Source of the DNA: an uncultured Ruminococcus sp.
GTDB taxonomy: Bacteria; Bacillota; Clostridia; Oscillospirales; CAG-272
Assembly (NCBI GenBank): GCA_964384555.1
Contig: CAYLLA010000003.1
Coordinates: 3,339 to 67,338 of the forward strand
Direction: 5' to 3'
DNA length: 64,000 bases
Shown here: positions 34,953 to 44,932 of the stretch, piece after piece
Numbering within the stretch: the first letter of the stretch is position 1
Layout of the letters: every line of letters begins with the position of its first letter
The notes under the pieces: model-generated
Databases searched by the model: none
Seen by the model: the letters and a program-made list of their open reading frames with translations, nothing else
What the model was told of the DNA's origin: nothing
Translations under genes and position numbers: made by a program

Positions 34953-34981
34953 ATTTTACCATCAAAAATATCGAGTGTCAA
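34953..34981 (-). promoter_or_regulatory. Sigma-70 promoter of the ABC/DUF1854 operon (about 170-nt leader)
   Basis: TTGACA, 17-nt spacer, TAAAAT on the minus strand. Confidence 0.6.
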
Positions 34982-35079
34982 CAAAAAACGCGAATTATAG
35001 TTAAAATGACCAATAATTCATTCAAGTACAACAAAAATCTTCGTTGTCGCTTGTGAATTATTGGTCAGATGCAACATAG

Positions 35080-35643
35080 CTATCTCTTTTTGTATTTCCT
35101 CGATCTTCCTCCGAGCGCGTGGCGGCTCTTGCTGCCGCCCGGCGCTGCTATGTAAGCTCCAAGGATAAAAATCAGGACCGCAAGCCCTCTCTTCAACCAC
35201 CCGAGGATCGATATATCGGCACCGAGACCCGGCAGAGCAAAGGAAAGGACAAAAACAGCGGCATTAAGTATAAGCGCCGCAGCAAGTGAGAGCCATATAT
35301 TTCTGCGTCCGAGGATGCGTGCCATCACCACGCCGCCGCAAAAAGCACCTAAGGATAGTGCTGACATGGCAACAACTCCCGCACTTTTGGCCGGGTCAAC
35401 AGTGGTCATGAGGATCGGGCAGGCTATCGCCAGCATGAGTAACCCGCTGCAGACAGCAACGGCCGCTCCCGAAATCATTGCCGCCGGTGCACTGCCCGCA
35501 ATGCTTTCTTTATCTTTTCCGCCTCGATCGGGGCTTGGGGTTTTGATTGCTATCGGCATACGCTCGCGGGAGGCGGAACGGACGCGCGTGCTTTTTTGTT
35601 CGATCACAGACACGATATCATCTCCGAATAAATTAAATTGCAT
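35080..35643 (-). CDS. Hypothetical membrane protein (3-4 TM helices, basic N- and C-termini)
   Basis: Hydrophobic Ala/Gly/Leu-rich core. It lies downstream of yajC on the same strand, with a terminator in between. No family assigned with confidence. Confidence 0.5.
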   Translation of the reverse strand: MQFNLFGDDIVSVIEQKSTRVRSASRERMPIAIKTPSPDRGGKDKESIAGSAPAAMISGAAVAVCSGLLMLAIACPILMTTVDPAKSAGVVAMSALSLGAFCGGVVMARILGRRNIWLSLAAALILNAAVFVLSFALPGLGADISILGWLKRGLAVLIFILGAYIAAPGGSKSRHALGGRSRKYKKR

Positions 35644-35709
35644 GGATTCTCATCCGCTATTCAATTACTATGCCGCGCCTGTCGGGTATATGATATTTTT
35701 ACCGTGATC

Positions 35710-35750
35710 AAAAAAAGACCCTCCGGGGATCTTATCATCTCCCGGAGAGT
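35710..35750 (-). terminator. Intrinsic terminator after yajC
   Basis: On the minus strand, CTCCGGG...CCCGGAG stem followed by GGTCTTTTTTT. Confidence 0.7.
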
Positions 35751-35790
35751 CTATCATATCAGTGGAACAGGGAATTACAGCGCACGGCTA

Positions 35791-36228
35791 TCATTTCTGA
35801 TCGGCTTTATCCTCGTTTGCACCCTTATCCTTTTTTGCTTTCTTTTTTTCGACCTTTTCTGCCTTTTCGGACTTGTCGGTCTTATCGTTGCCGTCACGCT
35901 TCTCGTCGTTACCGCCGTTTACCGGAACGGTCACGCGGGAGATCGCACTTTTGAGAATGTGAATGCGGGTGCGGTCGCGGCTGGTCACGATGGTCACGGT
36001 GTCCTCACTGCTGATCGCAATGATTATACCGATAATGCCGCCGATGGTCACTATCTCATCACCGACCGCAAGATTGTTGCGCATCTCGTTTGTCTCCTTT
36101 TCCTGCTTGCGCTGGGGGCGAATGAAGAAAAAGTAGAAGACCACGAGCATCAGCACGATCATAACGACCGTACCTATCATGTTGCCGCCGCTCGCATTTG
36201 TGGTGGCATCTGTCAAAAATAAAGGCAT
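35791..36228 (-). CDS. yajC: Preprotein translocase subunit YajC with a Lys/Asp-rich C-terminal tail
   Basis: TM helix plus FFIRPQRKQEKE...LAVGDEIVTIGGIIG, the YajC signature. Confidence 0.85.
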   Translation of the reverse strand: MPLFLTDATTNASGGNMIGTVVMIVLMLVVFYFFFIRPQRKQEKETNEMRNNLAVGDEIVTIGGIIGIIIAISSEDTVTIVTSRDRTRIHILKSAISRVTVPVNGGNDEKRDGNDKTDKSEKAEKVEKKKAKKDKGANEDKADQK

Positions 36229-36339
36229 TTTTATTATCCTCCGAATGCTGTTTTACCATATTATACACCATGCACGCCACTCTTTCAATAACGAATTGTA
36301 AATTATTCATCTCCGCGAAGCAAAAAATGCCTTTCGTGA

Positions 36340-36368
36340 TTGAAAAAAACTCGGCTTTGTGCTATACT
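36340..36368 (+). promoter_or_regulatory. Sigma-70 promoter of rimM-trmD
   Basis: TTGAAA, 17-nt spacer, TATACT. Confidence 0.55.
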
Positions 36369-36435
36369 ATAAGCATAAGATCAAAAAATATGCTCTTATG
36401 AATAACGATCCGGAGTTGTCTCCTGCGAGGTATCA

Positions 36436-37014
36436 ATGACGACCGATTCAAAAGACACAAAAGAAAAAGATATGAAAGATATAAACGAGAACTCAAAGCG
36501 CCAACTTGCCGCGCATCTTGAATGCGGAAAGATAATCAACACACACGGTCTTGACGGAACACTGAAGCTTGAATCCTATTGTGATTCGCCGGACGTTTTG
36601 GCCGACCTTGAATATATTTATTTTAAAGATGAAAAAAGCGGGGAAATGCAGCCGCGGCGCATCCTTCGCGCGAGCGTACATAAACGCTTTGTACTGATGC
36701 ACCTTGAGGGTGTGGACACGCCCGAGGCCGCCGATGCACTGCGAGAGACGATCGTTTACGCCGCCCGCGAGGATCTGCCGATAGCGCCCGGTGCGCATTT
36801 TATAGTGGATCTTATAGGTCTGCCGGTCATCGATGTTGACAGCGGACTGACCTACGGCAGGATAAGTTATGTATTCAATGCAGGTGCATCGGATATTTAT
36901 ACCATCGAAACACCAAGCGGTGAGCGCATGATGCCCTCCGTACCGGAGTTTGTTATAAGGATCGATATAGATCACGGTGTGTTTGTAAGACCTATTGAGG
37001 GAATGTTTGACTGA
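36436..37014 (+). CDS. rimM: 16S rRNA processing protein RimM
   Basis: GKIINTHGLDGTLKLESYCD (RimM N-terminal barrel) plus a PRC-barrel C-terminus. It is followed by trmD. Confidence 0.9.
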   Translation: MTTDSKDTKEKDMKDINENSKRQLAAHLECGKIINTHGLDGTLKLESYCDSPDVLADLEYIYFKDEKSGEMQPRRILRASVHKRFVLMHLEGVDTPEAADALRETIVYAAREDLPIAPGAHFIVDLIGLPVIDVDSGLTYGRISYVFNAGASDIYTIETPSGERMMPSVPEFVIRIDIDHGVFVRPIEGMFD

Positions 37015-37015
37015 T

Positions 37016-37714
37016 ATGAGATTTGACATTATGACGCTTTTTCCGGAGCTCGTCGGCAATGTCCTCTCCGAAAGCATAATAGGTCGCGCACAAAAGAGCG
37101 GTGCGATAGAAGTAGGCATTCACAACATCCGTGACTACAGTGAGGATAAGAACCGCCGAGTGGATGACACACCATACGGCGGCGGCAAGGGAATGCTTAT
37201 GGCCGCGCCGCCCATCTATAACTGCTACAGCGCGATACTCACCGCAGTGCCAAACTATAACTCGCTGCGCACTCATGTTATCTTCATGTCCCCAAAGGGG
37301 CAGGTGCTAAAGCAAAAGCGCGCGCTTGAACTATCTGCCGACTATGACAGGCTTATAATTCTTTGCGGTCACTACGAGGGCGTGGATCAGCGCATCATAG
37401 ACGAAATAGTTGATGAGGAGATATCAATAGGCGATTTTGTGTTGACAGGCGGTGAGATCCCCGCCTGCATACTGGTGGATGCAGTGGCAAGGACAGTCGA
37501 TGGTGTGCTTTCCGCACCCGAGTGCTTTGAAAGCGAGAGCCACACCGATGGTCTGCTTGAATATCCTCAATACACACGGCCGTTTGAATTTCACGGTGTG
37601 AAAGTGCCGGAGGTACTCATATCCGGTCATCACGCAAACATAGACAAATGGCGGCGCGAGCAGGCGGAGCTTATAACTCGAAAACAGCGCCCGGATCTGC
37701 TTGGCGAGGCATAG
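37016..37714 (+). CDS. trmD: tRNA (guanine37-N1)-methyltransferase
   Basis: MRFDIMTLFPE, DDTPYGGGKGM, CGHYEGVDQR and SIGDFVLTGGE. Confidence 0.95.
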   Translation: MRFDIMTLFPELVGNVLSESIIGRAQKSGAIEVGIHNIRDYSEDKNRRVDDTPYGGGKGMLMAAPPIYNCYSAILTAVPNYNSLRTHVIFMSPKGQVLKQKRALELSADYDRLIILCGHYEGVDQRIIDEIVDEEISIGDFVLTGGEIPACILVDAVARTVDGVLSAPECFESESHTDGLLEYPQYTRPFEFHGVKVPEVLISGHHANIDKWRREQAELITRKQRPDLLGEA

Positions 37715-37796
37715 ATCATTATTTTTAATCCCAAGCCTGATTTTTTAAAAAACTAACAGTTGAAAGACAAAATAAACAAGAAGGGAGGTACACCGA

Positions 37797-39857
37797 ATGC
37801 CCGAGCTTTACGATAACGATGCGATCCGCGATAACACGAGCGCGGACGGACATCGATCCCCGTCGGATACGGATGGATATGCCAAGTATAACGAGGATGA
37901 TCCCGCCGCCGACGTTATCGATGCCAAGGACCCCAAAGACAGCTTTTTTGCAACCGTTTGCGACACAGCCGCTGAAAAGCTGAACAGCGGTATCACGGGA
38001 CGGATAATGCATTCATATCCAGACGAATGTCGCGCGCTTGACCGTTCAGCCATAGTCAGCACCCTGCGGCGTTCCGACCGCGGCGGGGGACTTGTGCGCA
38101 GGATCAAAAAGCGCATTGCCCGTACATTTGAGGAATCCCTTGTCATAAACGCACTCATAAGAATAAAAAATGCCGCCATGAGATGCTATATGAAGACCTA
38201 CGGTGCGTTTTTTATCACATTTGGTGTGTACTCGGCGCTGATATATCTCATAAAAAGATATGCACTGCTTTTGGATGATGTATCCGGCGGCGATATGCTC
38301 TGCGCACTTGTAATGATACTTCTCTCCCTCCCTCTGTTGTTCAGCAAAAAGACACTTGCCGGTGCACTCGGCAACAGTCTATTGCTTCAAGATCTTTTGG
38401 CCGATGCCTGCGGCGTTACGCCTGATAAGCTTGCAATAAGGCCAAAAAGCAATATCGCGGGGCAAAGCTGGGCGGTCATTCTCGGAATCGCCGCGGGAAT
38501 GCTGACCTATTACATCCCACCGCTTACATTTATTATAACGCTGTTTGCCGTGGTATCGGTTGCCGTGCTGTTGTCATTCCCCGAGGCGGGTGTATCTTTT
38601 ACAATATTCACAGCACCGTTTTTGAGCCTCTCCGAGCATCCGTCCCTGATACTTGCATGTGTAACATTGCTTGCCGCACTCGGTTTTGCCGCAAAGTATC
38701 TGCGCGGCAAGCGTACCGCAATATTCGGTCCTGCAGAAGCCGCCATTGGCGGGTTTATGCTGCTGACCGTATGCGGCGGCATATTCACGCCCGGAGATGG
38801 AGATGCTCGCCCCGCGCTGATAAGAGCGGCGCTGATGTGCGTTTACTTTTTGATAGTCAATACCGTAAGCGACCGCCGCAAGCTGCGATCCTGCATACTT
38901 TTGCTCGTGATATCCACGACTATAGTCTCGTTTATCGGAGTTGCGGAGTATCTTTGCGGGCGCGCCGTATTTGATTGGTTGGACAGCGAAAGCTTTGCGG
39001 CGATCTACGGACGAAGCACCTCTGTTTTCTCCAACCCCAATACGCTGGCGTATTTTATAATTCCCGTATTTCCGTTTGCCCTCGCAGGTGTACTGCTTTC
39101 AAAGACCAAGCGGGAACGATTCCTCTTTGGCTTTTCTGCGGCGACCATCCTTGTTTGCACCGTATTTACTTGGTCGCGCGGTGCGTGGGTGGGACTTGCC
39201 GTGTCATCGCTCTTGTTTTTGCTCTCTATCACGCCGCGTGCCGTGGCCGTGGTACCCGCATTGGTTGCCGTAACAGCACTGCTCAGTACTTGCTTTCCGG
39301 ACACGCTCGGTACTCGCATGGGCAGTATCGCATCGCTTGGTGACAGCGCAAATTACTATCGTGTGAGGGTGTGGAATGCCGCCTCACGTATCGCAGGCAG
39401 ATACCTCGGCGGCGGCATTGGCATCGGCGATGAGCTCTTCGGCCAAATGTATTTAAAAGTCGCCGATCCGGAGGTGTGGAATGCATCTCACGCACACAGC
39501 CTGTGGCTGCAAACGATCACGGAGCTGGGTCTCCCCGGACTTATTTTACTGCTACTTGCCACCTTCTTTATCCTGCAAAAGGCCGCAAGTGTTCGAGCCG
39601 GCTCTAACGGCGGCAAACGCTTGCCCCTGCTTGCCGCAGCAGGCGCGGCAGGTCTGATATCACTTGTTGTATCGGGATGCTTTGACTTTGTATGGTACAA
39701 CAACACTATCTTCTTTATGTTTTGGGTAATGGCAGGACTTGCCTCGGCTACGGCAGAGATACAAAGGCGCGAGGGCATGGGGCCGGCTTCCGGCTGTGTC
39801 TCACCGCTGTCCGATGCAAGAGCCGCCGATATGCTGATGATACTCGGCAAGGACTGA
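37797..39857 (+). CDS. O-antigen ligase / polymerase (Wzy_C)-like polytopic membrane protein
   Basis: 686 aa, more than 10 TM helices, with a WSRGAWVGLAVSSLLF motif typical of the O-antigen ligase family loop region. Confidence 0.65.
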   Translation: MPELYDNDAIRDNTSADGHRSPSDTDGYAKYNEDDPAADVIDAKDPKDSFFATVCDTAAEKLNSGITGRIMHSYPDECRALDRSAIVSTLRRSDRGGGLVRRIKKRIARTFEESLVINALIRIKNAAMRCYMKTYGAFFITFGVYSALIYLIKRYALLLDDVSGGDMLCALVMILLSLPLLFSKKTLAGALGNSLLLQDLLADACGVTPDKLAIRPKSNIAGQSWAVILGIAAGMLTYYIPPLTFIITLFAVVSVAVLLSFPEAGVSFTIFTAPFLSLSEHPSLILACVTLLAALGFAAKYLRGKRTAIFGPAEAAIGGFMLLTVCGGIFTPGDGDARPALIRAALMCVYFLIVNTVSDRRKLRSCILLLVISTTIVSFIGVAEYLCGRAVFDWLDSESFAAIYGRSTSVFSNPNTLAYFIIPVFPFALAGVLLSKTKRERFLFGFSAATILVCTVFTWSRGAWVGLAVSSLLFLLSITPRAVAVVPALVAVTALLSTCFPDTLGTRMGSIASLGDSANYYRVRVWNAASRIAGRYLGGGIGIGDELFGQMYLKVADPEVWNASHAHSLWLQTITELGLPGLILLLLATFFILQKAASVRAGSNGGKRLPLLAAAGAAGLISLVVSGCFDFVWYNNTIFFMFWVMAGLASATAEIQRREGMGPASGCVSPLSDARAADMLMILGKD

Positions 39858-40001
39858 CGGCAGTGCGATCATCCCCAAAGATAACGTACAGATACTACAT
39901 CGCGACATTATTGACTCAAAATTTTATTTGTTTTTATATTTTTAAATGTTAAGGAAGCTCGGGCGCTACCCGCTCAAAAGCGGATACAAGCAACCGAAGC
40001 T

Positions 40002-40559
40002 ATGGTCACAACAATGAATTCATCTGAAAGAAGCACCGCAAAAAGATCCGACCGTCGCGGCTACCGTTTTAATATACTTGATGCAGTTATAGCCTTGGTG
40101 ATACTTGCAGTGATAGCCGTGATCTTGGTTGCATATCTGCCGGGCGGACTCTCGGCATCAGGCGGCGGGCGCGGGAGCGTTACCGTCACATATACTCTTG
40201 AGATAAAAGGAGCTAATCGCAAGTTTGCCGATTGGATAGCTGTTGGCGACACCGTGACCGAGCGCTCGTCAGCCGCGGGTCTCGGTCGTGTCAGCGCAGA
40301 GCTCGAGGTCTCACCCGCCGGGTTAGTAAGATTTGATCCCACGTCCGGTGAGGTGATAATAGACGAAGCCGAGGATACCTCCGATCTTTTGATAACCATC
40401 ACCGCCACGGCAAAATATGACCCATCCCGCGGTTACACGGTCAACGGTAAAAGACTTGCGGTAGGTGCGAATTATTCGGTCAGCCTACCAAGATTTGAGG
40501 GCACAGGGGAGTGCATCGGCATTATTGAAACATCCTCGACCGGAGGTGTAGGGCAATGA
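40002..40559 (+). CDS. N-terminally anchored secreted protein (DUF4330-like)
   Basis: RFNILDAVIALVILAVIAVILVAY anchor, then a beta-rich domain. It is a paralogue-like neighbour of the next gene. Family assignment is from memory. Confidence 0.45.
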   Translation: MVTTMNSSERSTAKRSDRRGYRFNILDAVIALVILAVIAVILVAYLPGGLSASGGGRGSVTVTYTLEIKGANRKFADWIAVGDTVTERSSAAGLGRVSAELEVSPAGLVRFDPTSGEVIIDEAEDTSDLLITITATAKYDPSRGYTVNGKRLAVGANYSVSLPRFEGTGECIGIIETSSTGGVGQ

Positions 40560-41068
40560 AAGATCAGAAAAACGAAAAACGCGGAAAACACGACAGCGGT
40601 CGTGCAAGATTTGGCGCGGCGGATGTAGTTATCATATTGCTGATCGTGCTGGCCGTGGCCTCGATCATACTGCGCAGTGTGTCAGAAAGTGCGACCTTTG
40701 GCAGCGAAACTGCACACTGTACGGTGGAATTTTCGGCCACGGATATAAGATATACAACGTTTGATTTTATTGAAACCGGAGCCGATGTTTATGTTGGCGA
40801 TGATCTTATAGGTCAGCTGGCGGCAGGCACGGTGTTTTCGCCATCCGTCCTGCACACAAACGGAGCAGATGGTGCGCCCACCGATGTGCACTACCCGGAA
40901 AACACACTGATAGACGTCAGCGGCGTGGTCGATTGCGAGCTTATTAAAACAGACGGCGGATATGTTACAAAAAGCGGTACGCATATAGCCCCCGGATGCA
41001 CCTTGACGTTAAAAATGAAAACGGTGGATCTTTTGGTCACGGTGACCGGAATATCCGATGCACCGTAA
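40556..41068 (+). CDS. N-terminally anchored secreted protein (DUF4330-like)
   Basis: RFGAADVVIILLIVLAVASIIL anchor. Its start overlaps the upstream stop (ATGA). Confidence 0.45.
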   Translation: MKDQKNEKRGKHDSGRARFGAADVVIILLIVLAVASIILRSVSESATFGSETAHCTVEFSATDIRYTTFDFIETGADVYVGDDLIGQLAAGTVFSPSVLHTNGADGAPTDVHYPENTLIDVSGVVDCELIKTDGGYVTKSGTHIAPGCTLTLKMKTVDLLVTVTGISDAP

Positions 41069-41198
41069 AGCTGCAATACGCATTAACAGCGCGACCACAC
41101 AACAACATCTTCTGTTTTTTACAGAATTATGTCAGTAATAGTTAAAAAATAAACGAATCAAGCGGTGCAAAGTAAGGTAAATATCATCATTTTGTCTA

Positions 41199-41227
41199 TT
41201 GATTTTGTCTGTTTGCTCGGTTATAAT
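41199..41227 (+). promoter_or_regulatory. Sigma-70 promoter of ptsH
   Basis: TTGATT, 17-nt spacer, TATAAT. Confidence 0.6.
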
Positions 41228-41275
41228 ATTTATAAGTATAAATGAGTGCCTACATGGCTTAATAAGGAGTCGGAT

Positions 41276-41539
41276 ATGATATCACGCGAGGTTACAATCA
41301 ACAATAACGGCGGACTGCACGCAAGACCCGCTACTTATTTTATTCAAAAAGCCAATTCGTACAACTGCTCGATCTGGATCCAAAAGGATGACCGTAAAAT
41401 GAACGCCAAAAGTCTGCTTGGTGTTCTTTCCATCGGCATTGCCAAGGGCATGACCGTTACTCTTATTGCGGACGGTCAGGATGAAAAGGAAGCTCTTGAC
41501 GGACTTGAGGAGCTTATCAACAGCGGCTTTGCCGAATAA
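41276..41539 (+). CDS. ptsH: Phosphocarrier protein HPr
   Basis: GLHARPA (His15) and NAKSLLGVLSIG (Ser46) motifs. AAGGAG RBS precedes the ATG at 41276. Confidence 0.9.
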   Translation: MISREVTINNNGGLHARPATYFIQKANSYNCSIWIQKDDRKMNAKSLLGVLSIGIAKGMTVTLIADGQDEKEALDGLEELINSGFAE

Positions 41540-41694
41540 AAGGTCCATAATACATAGTGTTGCATTGTCAGCAGGGCGGTGCAAAAACGGTGTCAGCGCA
41601 TAAAGTCGTGTCGGCGGTGCATGGCTCCGGCGAAAAATGGGGGGTGTCATGCTATCGACAGCCCCCACTGTTGTTTGAAAAACAAGGATATCAA

Positions 41695-43653
41695 ATGAGC
41701 ATGATAGACAGGGATACCCCCCAAGTCATACCAATAAATACCGAACCGGCCACGGTCAGCGAAGCGAGATCCGACACCGTCGGTAAAAAAAAGAACGAAA
41801 CCTCCGAGGAAAGGCGCGAGCGCTTGCTTGCCGAGGCACTGGCACTTCCACTGACCCCGGGCGTTTATATCATGAAAAACGAGCGCGGGCGCGTTATATA
41901 TGTAGGAAAATCGCGTAAACTGCGCGACCGCGTTTCGCAATATTTCAGAAACGGCGAAAAAAATCTTAAGACCGAGCGCATGACCTCGGCAGTCCACAGA
42001 TTTGAATATATTCTGTGCGACACAGAGATGGAAGCGCTGACACTTGAAAACACACTTATAAAGCAATACACCCCGCGATATAACATACGCCTTAAGGATG
42101 CAAAGTCCTATCCGTATATAAAGCTTACATCCGGAGAATATCCGCGCCTTGTAATGAGCCGGGCAAGAGTGGATGACGGTGCTAAATACTTTGGACCTTA
42201 CTTTGGCACATCCACTGTTTTCTCGGTAATATCTCTCGTCAACAAGACCTTTGGCCTGCCGTCCTGCAAAAAGCGTTTTCCGGAAGATATAGGCCGCGAC
42301 CGCCCCTGCCTTTACTATCGCATAGGCCAGTGCCGCGGTATTTGCACCGGCAGTGTGAGCACGACGGAATACAGTGAGATGGTATCTTGTGCTTGCGAGG
42401 TCCTTCGCGGTAACACAGCGCAGGCAAGGCGCGAGCTTGAGCGCGAGATGCTGGAATATGCCGAACGCGAGGAATTTGAGGCCGCCGCACGCTGTCGCGA
42501 TACTATACGCTCGCTTGAAAAGCTGTCGCAAAAACAAAAGGTGGTTGCATCTCCCGATTGCGATCAAGACATATGCGGCGTTTATGTCGGCGACACGATG
42601 ACCATGATGTCGCTGCTGATCATTCGCGGCGGCGCATTAGTGGATAAAACTGATTTCCCGATATCGGGCGATGTGATAGCCGACCCACATGCATTCTGCA
42701 CACTGATATGCGAGCATTACAAACGATGCGGGTATGCTCCGCGGCGTTTGCTGTTGAGCTTTGAATGCGACGATGAGGATATAGCCCTGCTTACTGACTT
42801 TTTGAGCAATATCGGAGGCAGAAAGACATATGTTTCCGTTCCGATCATAGGCGACAACCGCAAGCTGTGCGATATGGCAGTTGAGAACGCAAAAGAGGCC
42901 GCGGCAAGACTTGAACGCGACACCGATCGCTCTGAGAGTACTGCCATGCGACTTGGTGAACTTTTGGGGCTTGATTATCTCCCCGAAAGGATAGAGGCTT
43001 ACGATATATCAAATATCGGAGATGAGCATATCACCGCCGGCATGATAGTATACGATCACGGGAGTTTTTGTAAGCGCGATTACCGCACGTTCAGCATCAA
43101 GTCTACGCAGGGTGCCAACGACTACGGTGCAATGCGCGAGGCGCTCGAGCGGAGACTTGCGCACCTCTCTGACACCGATGGTTCATCATTTACCATTCCG
43201 CCTGATATTTTACTTATAGACGGCGGCGCAGAGCATCTGGCTGTAGCGCTTGATGTAATACATTCGCTGGGGCTCGAGCTTACCGCGGTGGGCATGGTAA
43301 AAGATGATTACCATAAAACCCGCGCGCTCATAACAGAGCACGGCGAGGTGAGCATCGCACGCGAACAGGATGTGTACGGCCTTATCTACCGTATACAGGA
43401 GGAAGTTCACCGTTTCACCGTCTCAAAGATGAGCGGCGCCAAGCGTAAGACCATGCGGGTATCAACGCTTGAAAAGATAAACGGCATAGGTCCCACAAAG
43501 TCAAAAAAGCTGCTTGCGGCTCTCGGCGGTCTTGGCGCGGTCAAAAGCGCGGATGTGGAGACCTTGGCGGCGATAAACGGAATATCCCGCGCCGAGGCCT
43601 TTGCGGTGTACAGCTATTTCCACCCGGATGAAGCCGAAAAAGAGGATAAATAA
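41695..43653 (+). CDS. uvrC: Excinuclease ABC subunit C
   Basis: GIY-YIG (PGVYIMKNERGRVIYVGKS), UVR domain (FEAAARCRD), RNase-H-like endonuclease domain and a C-terminal HhH. Start at 41695 or 41701. Confidence 0.95.
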   Translation: MSMIDRDTPQVIPINTEPATVSEARSDTVGKKKNETSEERRERLLAEALALPLTPGVYIMKNERGRVIYVGKSRKLRDRVSQYFRNGEKNLKTERMTSAVHRFEYILCDTEMEALTLENTLIKQYTPRYNIRLKDAKSYPYIKLTSGEYPRLVMSRARVDDGAKYFGPYFGTSTVFSVISLVNKTFGLPSCKKRFPEDIGRDRPCLYYRIGQCRGICTGSVSTTEYSEMVSCACEVLRGNTAQARRELEREMLEYAEREEFEAAARCRDTIRSLEKLSQKQKVVASPDCDQDICGVYVGDTMTMMSLLIIRGGALVDKTDFPISGDVIADPHAFCTLICEHYKRCGYAPRRLLLSFECDDEDIALLTDFLSNIGGRKTYVSVPIIGDNRKLCDMAVENAKEAAARLERDTDRSESTAMRLGELLGLDYLPERIEAYDISNIGDEHITAGMIVYDHGSFCKRDYRTFSIKSTQGANDYGAMREALERRLAHLSDTDGSSFTIPPDILLIDGGAEHLAVALDVIHSLGLELTAVGMVKDDYHKTRALITEHGEVSIAREQDVYGLIYRIQEEVHRFTVSKMSGAKRKTMRVSTLEKINGIGPTKSKKLLAALGGLGAVKSADVETLAAINGISRAEAFAVYSYFHPDEAEKEDK

Positions 43654-43715
43654 AGCTAAATAAGAACGACCGAAAGCCTCCCGGCGGCGCAAAACGGTCG
43701 ATGGGGGATCTTGAA

Positions 43716-44345
43716 ATGATGCGAATAATCACAGGCACGGCAAGAGGGACAAAGCTTGATGCGCCTGCCGGTATGACTACAAGGCCTACCGCCGAGCGAA
43801 CTAAGGAAGCCATGTTTTCAAGCCTTCAATTTAATATACGCGGCAGATGTGTACTTGATCTTTTTGCAGGGTCGGGGCAAATGGGGCTTGAGGCCTTGAG
43901 CCGCGGCGCGGAGCTGGCTTATTTTTGCGACCGATCCGCCGATGCCGTAAAAACGATACGCGGCAATGCCGAAAAAACACATCTTGCGGATAAATGCCGC
44001 ATCTACAGTATAGATTCACAAGACTTTTTATTGCAAAATGCGGGCAGGCTGAGGTTTGATATCGTGTTTATCGATCCGCCGTATGCATCGGGGCTCGTGC
44101 CGCTCTGCCTTAAAAAGTTGGTGGCGGGGAAGTTCCTCACAAACGGAGCAATGCTCGTTTGCGAAACACCGCGCGGTGCGGGAGCGTTCGGAGACGACGG
44201 AGAGCTTGGTAACTGTTTTGATGTTACAAAGACATCTGTATACGGTGCGGCAGAGATATCGATCCTGCGCTTTAAAGGCGACGATAACGCCGCTGCAACC
44301 AATATAGATATCACAAAAGATAAAAAAGGGGAGGGGACCACATGA
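43716..44345 (+). CDS. rsmD: 16S rRNA (guanine966-N2)-methyltransferase
   Basis: MRIITGTARGTKL, TRPTAERTKEAMF, DLFAGSGQMGLEALSRGA and IDPPY. Confidence 0.85.
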   Translation: MMRIITGTARGTKLDAPAGMTTRPTAERTKEAMFSSLQFNIRGRCVLDLFAGSGQMGLEALSRGAELAYFCDRSADAVKTIRGNAEKTHLADKCRIYSIDSQDFLLQNAGRLRFDIVFIDPPYASGLVPLCLKKLVAGKFLTNGAMLVCETPRGAGAFGDDGELGNCFDVTKTSVYGAAEISILRFKGDDNAAATNIDITKDKKGEGTT

Positions 44346-44839
44346 CAACGGCGATCATTCCCGGCAGTTTTGACCCCATGACGCTCGGTCACAGAGACAT
44401 AGTTTTGCGCGCCTCGCAACTCTTTGACAGGATCATTGTGGCCATTATGGTAAACCCCGAAAAGATCGGACGTTTCTCCTTTGCAGAGCGAAAAAAGATC
44501 GCGGAGCTTACGGTATCGGATATAAAAAATGCCACGGTATTGACATCCCGCGGCTACCTCGCCGACCTTGCGGCCGAGCTTGGTGCCGTAGCGATAGTCA
44601 AGGGCCTCCGAAATACCGATGATCTTATATATGAGCAGGAAATGGCGGTATTTAATCACCAAAGGAATCCCGCGTGTGAGACGATATATCTGCCGTCATA
44701 CGGAGATATGACACGCATCAGCTCGACCGCTGTGCGGCATGCCATCGACACCGGCGCGCCGCTTGATGGCTTGATGCAGGAAGATGCCGCAAAATATATA
44801 AGAGCGCTTATTGCATCATCTGCCGATAAACATAGCTGA
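44342..44839 (+). CDS. coaD: Phosphopantetheine adenylyltransferase
   Basis: PGSFDPMTLGHRDI, KGLRNTDD and ISSTAVR. Confidence 0.95.
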   Translation: MTTAIIPGSFDPMTLGHRDIVLRASQLFDRIIVAIMVNPEKIGRFSFAERKKIAELTVSDIKNATVLTSRGYLADLAAELGAVAIVKGLRNTDDLIYEQEMAVFNHQRNPACETIYLPSYGDMTRISSTAVRHAIDTGAPLDGLMQEDAAKYIRALIASSADKHS

Positions 44840-44883
44840 TATATAGAAATAGGTACATCAGATAATAATTTAAAAAAGACAAA

Positions 44884-44918
44884 TTAAAAAAAGGAAGCCC
44901 TCGCCGCGGCGAAGGCTT
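44884..44918 (-). terminator. Minus-strand intrinsic terminator lying between two plus-strand genes (coaD and nadE)
   Basis: GC-rich stem AAGCCTTCGCC / GGCGAGGGCTT (one mismatch). On the minus strand it is followed by CC plus TTTTTTT; on the plus strand no U-tract follows it. Confidence 0.6.
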
Positions 44919-44932
44919 GAGGTTAAAGTAAA

